Source: a virus
DNA length: 64,000 nucleotides
Virus record (IMG/VR): IMGVR_UViG_3300021368_000005
Location: 9,614 to 73,613 of that record
Direction: 5' to 3' (one strand)
Part shown: positions 29,682 to 39,312 of the stretch, piece by piece
Position numbering within the stretch: the stretch's first letter is position 1
Layout of the letters: every line of letters starts with the position of its first letter
Position numbers and translations under genes: made by a program
The notes under the pieces: generated by a model
The model's database searches: none
Told to the model about the DNA's origin: nothing
The model's input: the letters and a program-made list of their open reading frames with translations, nothing else

Positions 29682-29969
29682 TTAGGCTTTTCCTATTGGC
29701 CCCCAATATAACCCTTCCATTAGTGTTTCATCAAATGAATCGCTTATATCTTCTTCTATGTTTGTTGTAATTTCTTCGGATAGCTTTTCTTTAAGCTCCT
29801 GAACTTGTTTCTTTCTTGATTTAACATTACTCATAATCAATTCCTCAAGTTCATCGTGTGATACAACTTTTTTTTCTATAAGAAGTTCGCACAACGTTTC
29901 TATAACGGTAGATTGTGTAAATAATCTCTCGTTAAGGTTTTTAATTAATTCTCTTGATGTTAAGTTCAT
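29682..29969 (-). CDS. Hypothetical protein
   Basis: 95-aa ORF in the operon. Confidence 0.55.
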   Translation of the reverse strand: MNLTSRELIKNLNERLFTQSTVIETLCELLIEKKVVSHDELEELIMSNVKSRKKQVQELKEKLSEEITTNIEEDISDSFDETLMEGLYWGPIGKA

Positions 29970-30192
29970 CTAATAAGTCCTTTAAGTTATCTACATCTTC
30001 ATTTCCATAGACCAAATCACCAAATCCCTTTTCGATTGATTTTTCAGTATATCCCATGGCTTGAGCCATTCTAACACACATAACTTTGAATTCACTAATA
30101 TCCATATCATCTGGTACTGTGAATTCTATTTCTTTTGCTTCTCGTATTTCATTTACGAGTTTATCGGTATATCTAAATATAAGTTTTCCCAT
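29941..30192 (-). CDS. Hypothetical protein
   Basis: 83-aa ORF in the operon. Confidence 0.55.
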   Translation of the reverse strand: MGKLIFRYTDKLVNEIREAKEIEFTVPDDMDISEFKVMCVRMAQAMGYTEKSIEKGFGDLVYGNEDVDNLKDLLDELNIKRIN

Positions 30193-30203
30193 CTTTCCGT
30201 AAG

Positions 30204-30821
30204 TTATAAGATTTCAGCTCCACTTTTTAATAGTGGTTCTGCTTTCTTGTATTTCATAAATTGAGTAGTTCCATCGGATAATTTTACCATTACCCTTTCG
30301 TTTCTACCATACTTTTTTTCTCTAATAATTGTTTGAGTGTATCTCCTATCTGAATCAGTTATTAACTTCCCATCCAAGTGGTCAATCTCATGTTGAGCAC
30401 AAACACACTCTAACAATCCCTCATCATTAAAAAACTCATCTGAGTTTTCCCATGTACCTGTTTCTGAATCAGGTGAGAATATAACTGTTCCTAAATTATC
30501 ACACTCTAAAGTAAATGATTTATGTCTTACGGTTTTAACTGGTTTTCTCATTGTTTTATCTAAGGATAAACATTGTTCTACATAAGCAACTGTATCCTTT
30601 GATACCTCAGTTACTTTTGGGTTTATCAATACTAAAGGTTCTTTAACATTGATTACACAAGCACGAACATCTAATCCTATTTGATTGGCGGATAAACCTA
30701 TACCGCCATGTCTTTTAAGTTCTTGTAGAAGAGTTGTTGATACTTCATCAATCATCTCTTGAGTCATTGGTTTTGGAGGTATAACACCTCTTAACTTATT
30801 TGGGTCTTTAATTAATTTCAT
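30204..30821 (-). CDS. def: Peptide deformylase
   Basis: GIGLSANQIG, EQCLS (EGCLS variant), QHEIDHLDG. Confidence 0.92.
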   Translation of the reverse strand: MKLIKDPNKLRGVIPPKPMTQEMIDEVSTTLLQELKRHGGIGLSANQIGLDVRACVINVKEPLVLINPKVTEVSKDTVAYVEQCLSLDKTMRKPVKTVRHKSFTLECDNLGTVIFSPDSETGTWENSDEFFNDEGLLECVCAQHEIDHLDGKLITDSDRRYTQTIIREKKYGRNERVMVKLSDGTTQFMKYKKAEPLLKSGAEIL

Positions 30822-31051
30822 TCGAATAAATTTAATTGTGTTTTGTCTTTTACTAATTTTCTTTCTGATATATCCGAACCAATTGGTCTTTCATAAACAG
30901 TTTCACCACCATCAGGTGATTCATATATTATACCTGTTAATCCCAGTCCATCTGTTTTATCAATTCTATCCCAATACATCTTTCTAATTTTCGCTCCCAA
31001 TTCTTGGTCGTTGGGTGTTTCTTCCACTAAAGATTTTATATTTACAATCAT
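30818..31051 (-). CDS. Small hypothetical protein with C-terminal QLNLF motif
   Basis: PNDQELGAKIR and IYESPDGGETVY segments; ends QLNLFE. Confidence 0.6.
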   Translation of the reverse strand: MIVNIKSLVEETPNDQELGAKIRKMYWDRIDKTDGLGLTGIIYESPDGGETVYERPIGSDISERKLVKDKTQLNLFE

Positions 31052-31479
31052 CTCTCATTTTCACTTTTTAATAACCAACTAGATGATTGAATCTTATCAC
31101 CAAGTCCATCAATTAGTTCAATACCAAATTTCTCACATATTTCTCTTTCAGGAATAGTATCATTATTTTGGTCACCTCCATTAGCAAAAGCCAACTTTAG
31201 TGAATCATAAAATTTATTTACCATTACCTCTAGTGTTTTGTTTTGTGTAGAATCCTTATCAACAGATATCCAAGCCATATCTACTACACTTAGAGCTCTG
31301 ATGATTTCAATTCTTTCTTCCTCATCTTGGAAGAACTTAGAGCCTTTTAGCTCTCTTTGTTTATCATTATTAACTATTACTATCAAAATATCCCCTACCT
31401 CTTTGGCCTTTTCAAATAACTCTAAATGACCTTTATGAAGTGGATTGAAATATCCTGATACAATAACTGCTTTTTTCAT
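31048..31479 (-). CDS. Cytidylyltransferase-like (HxGH) nucleotidyltransferase
   Basis: SGYFNPLHKGH, ER.EII, FANGGD, KIQSSS. Confidence 0.85.
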   Translation of the reverse strand: MKKAVIVSGYFNPLHKGHLELFEKAKEVGDILIVIVNNDKQRELKGSKFFQDEEERIEIIRALSVVDMAWISVDKDSTQNKTLEVMVNKFYDSLKLAFANGGDQNNDTIPEREICEKFGIELIDGLGDKIQSSSWLLKSENER

Positions 31480-31499
31480 TTAATTATACTTTTGTTATA

Positions 31500-31531
31500 C
31501 AAAGATACGAAAATTATTTTACAATTCCAAA
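31500..31531 (-). promoter_or_regulatory. Early promoter, canonical TAnnTTTG
   Basis: TTTGG-N17-CGTATCTTTG. Confidence 0.75.
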
Positions 31532-31532
31532 T

Positions 31533-32495
31533 TTATTTCCAAGAAAAATTTGCACCCATGTGTCCGAATGATGCCGAATCACCGAATATGGGTTTTTTAA
31601 GTTCTAAGAAATCTATAATTCCTTTTGGTGATAAATCATATCCTTTAATAAATTCATGTTCTCCATCAACCATGGCAGTTGCTTGAAGAGGTTGGTCATA
31701 TCCAATTGCATATGCAAGTTGTACGAATACTTCCTTTGCTCCTCTCTCTCGAAGAATATCTACTGCGATTCTTCTTGCCATGTAAGCGGCACTTCTATCA
31801 ACTTTAGTTGCATCCTTACCACTAAATGCTCCACCACCAAGTGGAACTCTTGGGCCATAATTATCTACTGCTAATTTTCTACCAGTCAACCCAGCATCGG
31901 CGGTGAACCCACCAATGTTCCAATCACCTGCAGGATTACAATGTAATGATTCAATATGATACTGAGGAAAATCCTCAAAGTATTCCATTACTAATTTTTC
32001 TAATTCATCTGCTGGTGCACAACAGAATGATGCAACAACTCTTAATGAATTACCATTCATCGTAACTTGAGTCTTACCATCAGTTGGATATTTGTTAAAA
32101 ATAGATTTATTAAGTTCTCTTGATAAATAATATTCCTGTGGAAGATATTCTTGATTATCATCACAAGCATAACCAATCATAATTCCTTGGTCACCTGCTC
32201 CACCAGTATCAACTCCATTAGCAATCTCTGGTGATTGTGTATTGATGTTGGTTATAACTTTTAGTGAATCATCAGTTGTAATATCTTTTACTACTGATTC
32301 TATTTCTTCATCTGTAATTTTATACTCCGAGGTAACCTCACCTGTTACATATACTAACCCATTGCCTCCACAAGTTTCTATTGCTACTCGTGAATTTGGG
32401 TCATGTGTTAAGTGAATATCTAATAATGTGTCTGAAATTCTATCACACATTTTATCTGGATGCATCGGAGATACACATTCTGCTGTTCTAATCAT
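31533..32495 (-). CDS. metK: S-adenosylmethionine synthetase
   Basis: HPDKMCD.ISD, GAGDQG, DAGLTGRK, GGGAFSGKD.TKVDRSAAY.AR, QLAYAIG. Confidence 0.95.
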   Translation of the reverse strand: MIRTAECVSPMHPDKMCDRISDTLLDIHLTHDPNSRVAIETCGGNGLVYVTGEVTSEYKITDEEIESVVKDITTDDSLKVITNINTQSPEIANGVDTGGAGDQGIMIGYACDDNQEYLPQEYYLSRELNKSIFNKYPTDGKTQVTMNGNSLRVVASFCCAPADELEKLVMEYFEDFPQYHIESLHCNPAGDWNIGGFTADAGLTGRKLAVDNYGPRVPLGGGAFSGKDATKVDRSAAYMARRIAVDILRERGAKEVFVQLAYAIGYDQPLQATAMVDGEHEFIKGYDLSPKGIIDFLELKKPIFGDSASFGHMGANFSWK

Positions 32496-32769
32496 TTATT
32501 TAATTTTTGTTGTAGTTTTTGAATTTTTAACTTTATTTCTTGTGTTTGTGGTTTCACAAGTTTTAACTTTACTATTTCTTCTATTACCTTTTCGTTATCC
32601 ATTTTTCTTCATTTGATTTAATAAGTCTTTATACTTTTTATTCCACTTAGAAATTTCTTCTTTATATCCTTGTTTTATAGACTCTTGTTTTTCTAATTTT
32701 TGTCTAAGGTCTTTATTTTCTTTTTCTAAGTTTTCTATCTTAAGTTGGTATAATCTTGTATGTTCCATA

Positions 32770-33660
32770 TTAATTACTTAAAGGTGCTTTTATTGTGGGG
32801 TGAGATTTATATCCTATGATTTCATAATCAAATTCACCATTTAGAATATCCACATTTGATAATTTTATTGTTGGTAGTTGGTATGAACTTCTTAATCTTT
32901 GTTCTTCTGCCTGTTCTAAGTGATTCTTATATAAGTGAGTATCACCTAAGTTACCAATCAGCTCACCAGGTTGTAAATTTGTTTCTTCACATAATAGTAG
33001 TAATAACATCCCATAAGATGCGATGTTAAATGGTAACCCCAAGAAAGTATCAACACTTCTCTGATTCCATAATAGAGATAACTTACCATCGTTTACATAA
33101 CATTGAAAAGAATAATGACAAGGTGGTAAAGTCATTTGGTCTAACTTACCAACATCCCATGCAGATATCATCAATCTTCTACTGTGGGGATTTTCTTTTA
33201 AGTTTGTAATAAGTTCTTTTAGTTGGTCAATATGTCCTCCCCAAGTTTTCCAAGCTCTCCAACCTTTTCCATAAACAGGACCAAGTTCCCCCCATGTTCT
33301 TGAAAACAACTCATCATCTTTTATTTTTTGAACAAAATCTTTTTCTGATAGATACTCATCCAAATCCCATGTAGCTGCTCTTTCATATGTTTTATAAGCA
33401 TCACCATTCCAAATATTACATCCATTCTGAACAAGATATCGGATGTTGGTATCTCCTTTGAGAAACCATTTTAGTTCTGTCATGATTGATTTTATCGCCA
33501 TCTTTTTTGTTGTAAGAAGTGGAAACCCATCACTCATCTTATGTCTGATTTGTTTTCCGAAAACAGATATTGTACCTGTACCAGTTCTATCGGTTTTTTC
33601 TTTTCCTTCTAATAATATTTCCTGAAGTAATTGTTGGTAGTCTAAATCTAAGTTATTCAT
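32770..33660 (-). CDS. thyA: Thymidylate synthase
   Basis: DRTGTGT, FPLLTTKK, LGPVYG..WR, LPPCH, QRSVD.FLGLPFNIASY, GDTHLY.NH. Confidence 0.97.
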   Translation of the reverse strand: MNNLDLDYQQLLQEILLEGKEKTDRTGTGTISVFGKQIRHKMSDGFPLLTTKKMAIKSIMTELKWFLKGDTNIRYLVQNGCNIWNGDAYKTYERAATWDLDEYLSEKDFVQKIKDDELFSRTWGELGPVYGKGWRAWKTWGGHIDQLKELITNLKENPHSRRLMISAWDVGKLDQMTLPPCHYSFQCYVNDGKLSLLWNQRSVDTFLGLPFNIASYGMLLLLLCEETNLQPGELIGNLGDTHLYKNHLEQAEEQRLRSSYQLPTIKLSNVDILNGEFDYEIIGYKSHPTIKAPLSN

Positions 33661-33988
33661 ATTGTGCTGTCATTCCATCATAGGATTCAAACCTATAATA
33701 TACTGTTAATTCTTCTCCTGCCTTTATTGGTCTTATAGAGTGTAATGTTCTTTCTTCTGTATTGGTACTGATATAACAATTAGGATTTTCACTATGATTG
33801 ATAAATCCACCAAGAGGAGTTCGTACCCATTCTCTTCTTGTGGTAGAAACTGCAAATACATGAGTTTCACCAAATACTTCTCCAGCTGAGAAATCTCTTT
33901 CTGCAGTTAACCCTAAACCCTCAATTGCACTTCCCATTATTGTTAACCCTTCTGGCAATGGTCTATATGTATCTTCGAATTGTTTCAT
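33653..33988 (-). CDS. SET-domain protein-lysine methyltransferase
   Basis: S.IEGLGL.A, GFINHSENPNC, I.AGEELTVYY. Confidence 0.85.
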   Translation of the reverse strand: MKQFEDTYRPLPEGLTIMGSAIEGLGLTAERDFSAGEVFGETHVFAVSTTRREWVRTPLGGFINHSENPNCYISTNTEERTLHSIRPIKAGEELTVYYRFESYDGMTAQYE

Positions 33989-35367
33989 TTTATATTAGCC
34001 AAACGTTCTATTTCTTTTTTTACTTTTATGTTCCAAGGCCCCCAAGTGATATTATCAATCAACCACTTTCTGTAATAAGGTGGGATTGATGCAACTGGTT
34101 TACCTTTATATTTTCCAAAGGTCATATAAACCTTTTCTATATCACCATCTTCATTCTTCTTTTCTGCAAGATTAATACCACCTTCTAAGTGGATTCCTAT
34201 TTCGTGCATTGGAATACCTGTGATTTGTTTCTTACCTTCACCAAACAATTCCCACTCTTCACCACCAGTATCTTTATAATATAGTTCTTCTACCTTACCA
34301 AACTTTTCTACTGAACCTACAAAATCAACAACTAAACAATTTTCTTTTTCATCGTGGATACGAGTTCCTCTACCAACAAACTGATACCACCAAGAGATTG
34401 ATGCGGTTGGTCTACCTGTAATCAAGCAATCTAATTCAGGATAATCGAATCCAACTGTAAGTACATTAACTTGTACAATAACTCGTATCTGTTGGTTTCT
34501 AAACTCTTCTATGATTCTCTTTCTATCTGCCTTAGGAGTTCCACCATGTACAACTGCAGCTTGTGGAATCTTTCTTGCAAGTTCTGTTGCTTGTTCTATC
34601 GTTGGTACTGCAACAAGAATAGATTTTCTATCATATACTTCTTCAATCTTCTTTACAATCTTATCACCAATGTTTTGGTTCTCATAAGAACGAGCAATAG
34701 ATTCTTGTGTATATTCAGCACCACTTGAATTGTAAACTAAGGCACCAGTATCGAAATCATAAGATTGATATTCTAATGGTGTCCAATAACCCAACTTAAC
34801 AATATCTTGAATCTGAGAAACATGAAGAATGTATTTGAAGAACACTCCATGTTTAGAACGATTTGTTAACATTACCAACTTTGAATATGGGCCAGTATCT
34901 CCCATGTTGGTTTGTAATTTTAAGGGGGTTGCAGTAAGACCAAGTACATGAGTTGCTTTCATACCATCTACAAACCTTCGAAGTTGACCGGATTTGTTTC
35001 GTGGATACCTATCGCACTCATCGATTATAATCTTAGTGACCCCCATATCTTTGAATTGATGTGCTATGTTAATTATCGAACCGATAGTTGCATAAGTAAC
35101 ATCACCCAATTCTTTACTACCCATTGAGGCTGAGTAGATTGATGCCTCTCCACCAAGTGTTATGAACTTATTATAGTTTTGTTCTAATAGTTCTTTTGAT
35201 GGTTGTAGTACAAGAATCTTTTCACCAAGTTCTTTTGCAATTGCAGCGATAACAATCGATTTACCGAAGGCAGTTGGTGCCACGATAATTGATGGTTTCA
35301 TCTTTGGAGTTCGTAAAAACTCAACTCCAATTGCTACTGGTTCTATTTGATTCTTTCTTAGTTTCAA
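33985..35367 (-). CDS. SF2 helicase (RadD/UvsW-like) with C-terminal FGKYKG domain
   Basis: PTAFGKS, IDECD, GLTATP, LTVGFD.P, Q..GRG.R; MTFGKYKG...W. Confidence 0.88.
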   Translation of the reverse strand: MKLRKNQIEPVAIGVEFLRTPKMKPSIIVAPTAFGKSIVIAAIAKELGEKILVLQPSKELLEQNYNKFITLGGEASIYSASMGSKELGDVTYATIGSIINIAHQFKDMGVTKIIIDECDRYPRNKSGQLRRFVDGMKATHVLGLTATPLKLQTNMGDTGPYSKLVMLTNRSKHGVFFKYILHVSQIQDIVKLGYWTPLEYQSYDFDTGALVYNSSGAEYTQESIARSYENQNIGDKIVKKIEEVYDRKSILVAVPTIEQATELARKIPQAAVVHGGTPKADRKRIIEEFRNQQIRVIVQVNVLTVGFDYPELDCLITGRPTASISWWYQFVGRGTRIHDEKENCLVVDFVGSVEKFGKVEELYYKDTGGEEWELFGEGKKQITGIPMHEIGIHLEGGINLAEKKNEDGDIEKVYMTFGKYKGKPVASIPPYYRKWLIDNITWGPWNIKVKKEIERLANIK

Positions 35368-35951
35368 AGTCCTAAATCTTTTCTAATATCTTCTTTTACT
35401 GTTCTTAAATATTTGGTTCTTTTTTTATGAGAAACAAAAGGAACAGACCAGAATTGTTTTGTTTTGAACCACATAGATAACCTCCAACCAAACACGAAGG
35501 TAAATACACCCATTACTAGTCTTAGTTTGACTGAGTTAAGATATAGAGTTCTAACAGGTAGTGATGGAGCTCCATGTGTAATGTAAGTTCTAACTTTTTT
35601 ATCTTTAAGGAATGGTTTTGGATATGCATATAGTTTTGTAAAGTTTACAAACTTATATGCAAAACCTGGTGTAAATACCTCATCAAAGAATACTTCCATT
35701 CTTGGTGTTAACCTAAACCACCATACTGGTGAAATAAAATAAATATGAGTTGACCAAGTTACCAATTCTTGGTACTTCTTAATCAAATCTGTTCTTGGTC
35801 TTTGGAAACTATCTCTGTATAAATCAATCACTCGATATGATTGTTTATGTTTCCTCATCTGTCTTGTAGCAGTTTTGTAGATACCATTCCAACAGAATGA
35901 TTTCTTATCAGGATGACCCACTACAATTAAAATCTTTTTTTGTTTACTCAC
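35364..35951 (-). CDS. Flavodoxin-fold NAD(P)H dehydrogenase (MdaB/KefF-like)
   Basis: ILIVVGHP...SF, IDLY, SPVWW...FDEVF.PGFAY, ITHGAP. Confidence 0.8.
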   Translation of the reverse strand: MSKQKKILIVVGHPDKKSFCWNGIYKTATRQMRKHKQSYRVIDLYRDSFQRPRTDLIKKYQELVTWSTHIYFISPVWWFRLTPRMEVFFDEVFTPGFAYKFVNFTKLYAYPKPFLKDKKVRTYITHGAPSLPVRTLYLNSVKLRLVMGVFTFVFGWRLSMWFKTKQFWSVPFVSHKKRTKYLRTVKEDIRKDLGL

Positions 35952-36163
35952 AACTTATATTTCTTTTTATATTTCTCTAAAAAATACATACCTACTCCTA
36001 TTTCTAAAATCTCATGTTCATATGGAACATAAGGTTTTCTTTTTGTAGTAGATATAATATCATCGACTCTTACGTGCTCAAATACCTCGATGAATATTTT
36101 ACCATTCTTTCTTGGCTTCTTGTGTACTACAACTACCGGTGATATTCTATTGTAGTTACCCAC
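35948..36163 (-). CDS. Hypothetical protein
   Basis: 71-aa ORF, coupled to its neighbours. Confidence 0.5.
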   Translation of the reverse strand: MGNYNRISPVVVVHKKPRKNGKIFIEVFEHVRVDDIISTTKRKPYVPYEHEILEIGVGMYFLEKYKKKYKL

Positions 36164-36631
36164 TTAATAAACCATATATTATAACACCCAATATAACAAC
36201 TAAAAGGCCCATGCAAGAAACAAACATTAGTTTTTCATTACTATTGGCTTGTTTTTTACTTCTACCTTGTCTGTATTTCATATCATTTTCCGTCATGATG
36301 TCTCCTCTTTAATTTTTTATATTTCTTTTTAAGATTCTTAGCATCTGCTCTTTTTCTTTTTTCAATAGTTTCTAAAGTTTCTTTAACTTTCTTTCTTTTA
36401 TTCCTAGCGGTTTCTGATTTTTGTAATCTTTTTCCTCTATCCATAATAACTCCTTATATAAATTTATTAACATTGATTTTCTTTTCAATATCTTTTAACT
36501 TTTCTTTCATGTAGTACTTTGCATATTCTTCCATCAAAGTATCTAACATTGTATAATGTGACCAAGCCTCTGATTCAATGGGTTTGTTTTCCCATTCGTT
36601 TTCGTCTAACCACTCTTTAGGTTTCATCATA

Positions 36632-36877
36632 TTACATCATCATTTCTACTTTTAATCCCAAGTAGAGTGTTACACTTACAATTGTTATTAAAAATATCCA
36701 ATACAAAATTTTCTTAAAAGTAAAGTAAGGTGGAGTTGTTGCCCACTTCCATCTTTCCTCACCTTTTGCTTGGTTTCGTTTGTACATATCAGTTTTCTCA
36801 AAAAGGTCTTGACCAAATTGATATAAGAAAAAAATTGTTCCTACGAATATAAAAATGAATATTGTTTCCCAGTTCAT
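36632..36877 (-). CDS. Small two-TM membrane protein
   Basis: Two hydrophobic segments. Confidence 0.5.
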   Translation of the reverse strand: MNWETIFIFIFVGTIFFLYQFGQDLFEKTDMYKRNQAKGEERWKWATTPPYFTFKKILYWIFLITIVSVTLYLGLKVEMMM

Positions 36878-36881
36878 ATTT

Positions 36882-37781
36882 TTATTTTATATAAGGTAAT
36901 ATTGATAACTCTTTTGCTTTAGCTTCTACCATAACATCTACATCGTTGCCATATAAGTTAGGTAACTCGTTGATGTAATCTGAATGAGCTTGTGGTTTTA
37001 GTTTCTCATTACTCTCATGTAATGCTTTTGATTCTGAATAGTGAACAATTGGTTTGATATTTTTTGGCCATGTAGAGATTGCCAATTCAAGTGCCTCTTG
37101 TTCTGATAAACCACCTGTGTTGAATTTGTGGTGGTGATAATCGAATACAATAGGGATACCAATTCTTTCGTGTATGTACATCAAATCTTTTACTGAGTAC
37201 ATAGATGCTTTATCATCATTCTCAACAGTTAACCTACCTTGTACTGATTCTGATAATCTTTCAAAGTTCTTACAGAATCTATCCATAGCAGATTTCTTAT
37301 CACCATACACACCATTACAATGAATGTTTAGTTTGTTGTAAGGTGTACGAGATAATCCTAACATATCGAATACTTTACCATGTAATTCTAAATCAGTAAT
37401 AGTATTTTGTACAACATTCTCTCTTGGAGATACAAGTACATTGAAAGGACCAGGATGTGCGGTGATACGAATACCATGTTCTTTAGCGTAATATCCACAT
37501 GCCTGAAGTACTGTTTCAATTCGTTTGTAATATGGTGAGTTTTCAATGCCATACTCTGAAGCCCATGGAAATATATCAGAAGATAATCTAAAACATTTGA
37601 TATTGTTCTGATTGTTCCATTCTAAGATAGTGAATAAATCTCTAGCGTTTTGAAGAGATAATTCACCAGCATATCCAACACCCTTCTCTAAAAAGGTTCT
37701 CTTAATCATTGAACGATTAGTAGTTACTTTTGGTTTTTGTTTACCCAAAGTCATGTTAATACAAGCGTATCCTAAATTCAT
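36882..37781 (-). CDS. uvsE: UV-damage endonuclease (UvdE/UvsE)
   Basis: LGYACIN, FRLSSDIFP, HPGPFNVL, IHCNGVYGDK, ENDD, FDYHHH, HYSES, AHSDY, MVEAKAKE. Confidence 0.95.
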   Translation of the reverse strand: MNLGYACINMTLGKQKPKVTTNRSMIKRTFLEKGVGYAGELSLQNARDLFTILEWNNQNNIKCFRLSSDIFPWASEYGIENSPYYKRIETVLQACGYYAKEHGIRITAHPGPFNVLVSPRENVVQNTITDLELHGKVFDMLGLSRTPYNKLNIHCNGVYGDKKSAMDRFCKNFERLSESVQGRLTVENDDKASMYSVKDLMYIHERIGIPIVFDYHHHKFNTGGLSEQEALELAISTWPKNIKPIVHYSESKALHESNEKLKPQAHSDYINELPNLYGNDVDVMVEAKAKELSILPYIK

Positions 37782-37799
37782 ATTATATCTTTTATAGTT

Positions 37800-37842
37800 T
37801 ATTTACAAAGTAAATATACGAAAAAAAATCGATATATCCAAA
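37800..37842 (-). promoter_or_regulatory. Early promoter with palindrome
   Basis: TTGG-N17-CGTATATTTA; TATTTAC-AAA-GTAAATA. Confidence 0.75.
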
Positions 37843-37846
37843 TTTT

Positions 37847-39079
37847 TTAGTAAGTTTTTGTAGTAAAATCGTCAGGATAACCTTCTTTTAACTTATCAAG
37901 CTGTCCTTGAGAACCACCAGCATGATTTAACCAGTACTCAATTGCCTGCCTATTGTTAATCCATCTTTCTTTTTTTGACCAATCAAACCATGGGTGAAAC
38001 CAATATGCTTTACCTTTATATGATTGTTTCCATCCATCGGTTTCGTAATATTTTCTAAGTTCCTCTTGTGATATCTGACCATCTCCATCCAAGTCAGCTT
38101 CTCTTTCTTCATCTGATATTATACCATCGCCATCAATATCTAAATCAGATTCATCAATAGAATCTTCCCATTCTTCATCTTCTAAACCATCTCCTAAAGT
38201 ATTATCCCATAAATCATCTTCTTCATCTTCCTCAGGTACTTCATCATATAACTCTCTCTTACGAATTACTTTTTCTTTTTTAACAACACCTCTATCAATT
38301 AATACAGCGTTGTTAAAAGCAATTACAAGTGCAACCGCCAATGGGTCAAATACAAATATAATAATTAAGATAAACCAATTGATAATTTGGTCCATGGGTT
38401 TATCTAACAATCCACTAAGATATTGTAGAGGTCCTAATTCGGATGATACTCCCTCCATTGATTCAACATCTAATATTTTTATTTGAATAGATTGTAGTGA
38501 ATCTGCCGCTACTTCTCTTTTCGCTTGAACACCTTTACGATTTTCTTCCTCCACTCCAATACGTTGTTGAGCCAATCTAAGTTCAGTAGTGGAGATTGTG
38601 TTTCTAACGCCCCCAACCACCGAGGTGTCTCGTACTTGGATTGAGGAACTCCTTGCATTACTGAGAGTACTAATGTTATTACTAATTCTTTCAAGTTCTT
38701 CATCATAACGTGCTAAATCATCAGCCCAAAACTTTTCTTTCTGTTGTAAGAAAGCCAATTGTTTTTCTTTTATGTTGAATTGGTTAAATGTATCTTGGAA
38801 TGCCGATGTTAAGAATCCATAGATACCCAATGATGTTATAAGGATTAAAATAATAACTGCTCCACTTAGATACAATCTAAACGCTTTATTTATTTTATCC
38901 CAATAGTTGTAAAGATATCCAGCGGTAATAAGTTTAGCAGCTTCTAATGAACTTGCCATGATTATTACAGATAATGAAGCACCAGCAAATAGTTTAGATA
39001 AACCACTAACTGAAAAGAACGCCGCATTAAATGCCACGAATAAAGCCGATAATCCTAATAATAAAGTTCTGAATTTCAT
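37847..39079 (-). CDS. Multi-TM coiled-coil membrane protein with two DxDGDG (EF-hand-like) loops
   Basis: Three N-terminal TMs, coiled coil, TM with FDPLAV, then DIDGDGIISDEE and DLDGDGQISQEE. Confidence 0.6.
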   Translation of the reverse strand: MKFRTLLLGLSALFVAFNAAFFSVSGLSKLFAGASLSVIIMASSLEAAKLITAGYLYNYWDKINKAFRLYLSGAVIILILITSLGIYGFLTSAFQDTFNQFNIKEKQLAFLQQKEKFWADDLARYDEELERISNNISTLSNARSSSIQVRDTSVVGGVRNTISTTELRLAQQRIGVEEENRKGVQAKREVAADSLQSIQIKILDVESMEGVSSELGPLQYLSGLLDKPMDQIINWFILIIIFVFDPLAVALVIAFNNAVLIDRGVVKKEKVIRKRELYDEVPEEDEEDDLWDNTLGDGLEDEEWEDSIDESDLDIDGDGIISDEEREADLDGDGQISQEELRKYYETDGWKQSYKGKAYWFHPWFDWSKKERWINNRQAIEYWLNHAGGSQGQLDKLKEGYPDDFTTKTY

Positions 39080-39312
39080 AAGGTCTACCCCCTAACTACA
39101 ATCTCTCGGACTTTCTCCAGTCCTCCAAGTACTTCTCGTAGATAAGTATCTGCCGTTTTAGAATCGGCAGGTCTTTCACCTGTAACCATTTCTTTTACAA
39201 TCTTAACTCGTGTTTCCATCATTTCGATTGTATCGTCTACTTTTTGTTTGTAAATATCTTTCATTTGATATATTTTATTGTTACTATTATAAATATTAAG
39301 ATATAAAATTTC

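Noticed and set aside
32770-33660. ThyA as a dCMP hydroxymethylase for base hypermodification
   Set aside because: Keeps the dUMP-specifying Asn in PFNIASY and all canonical ThyA motifs.
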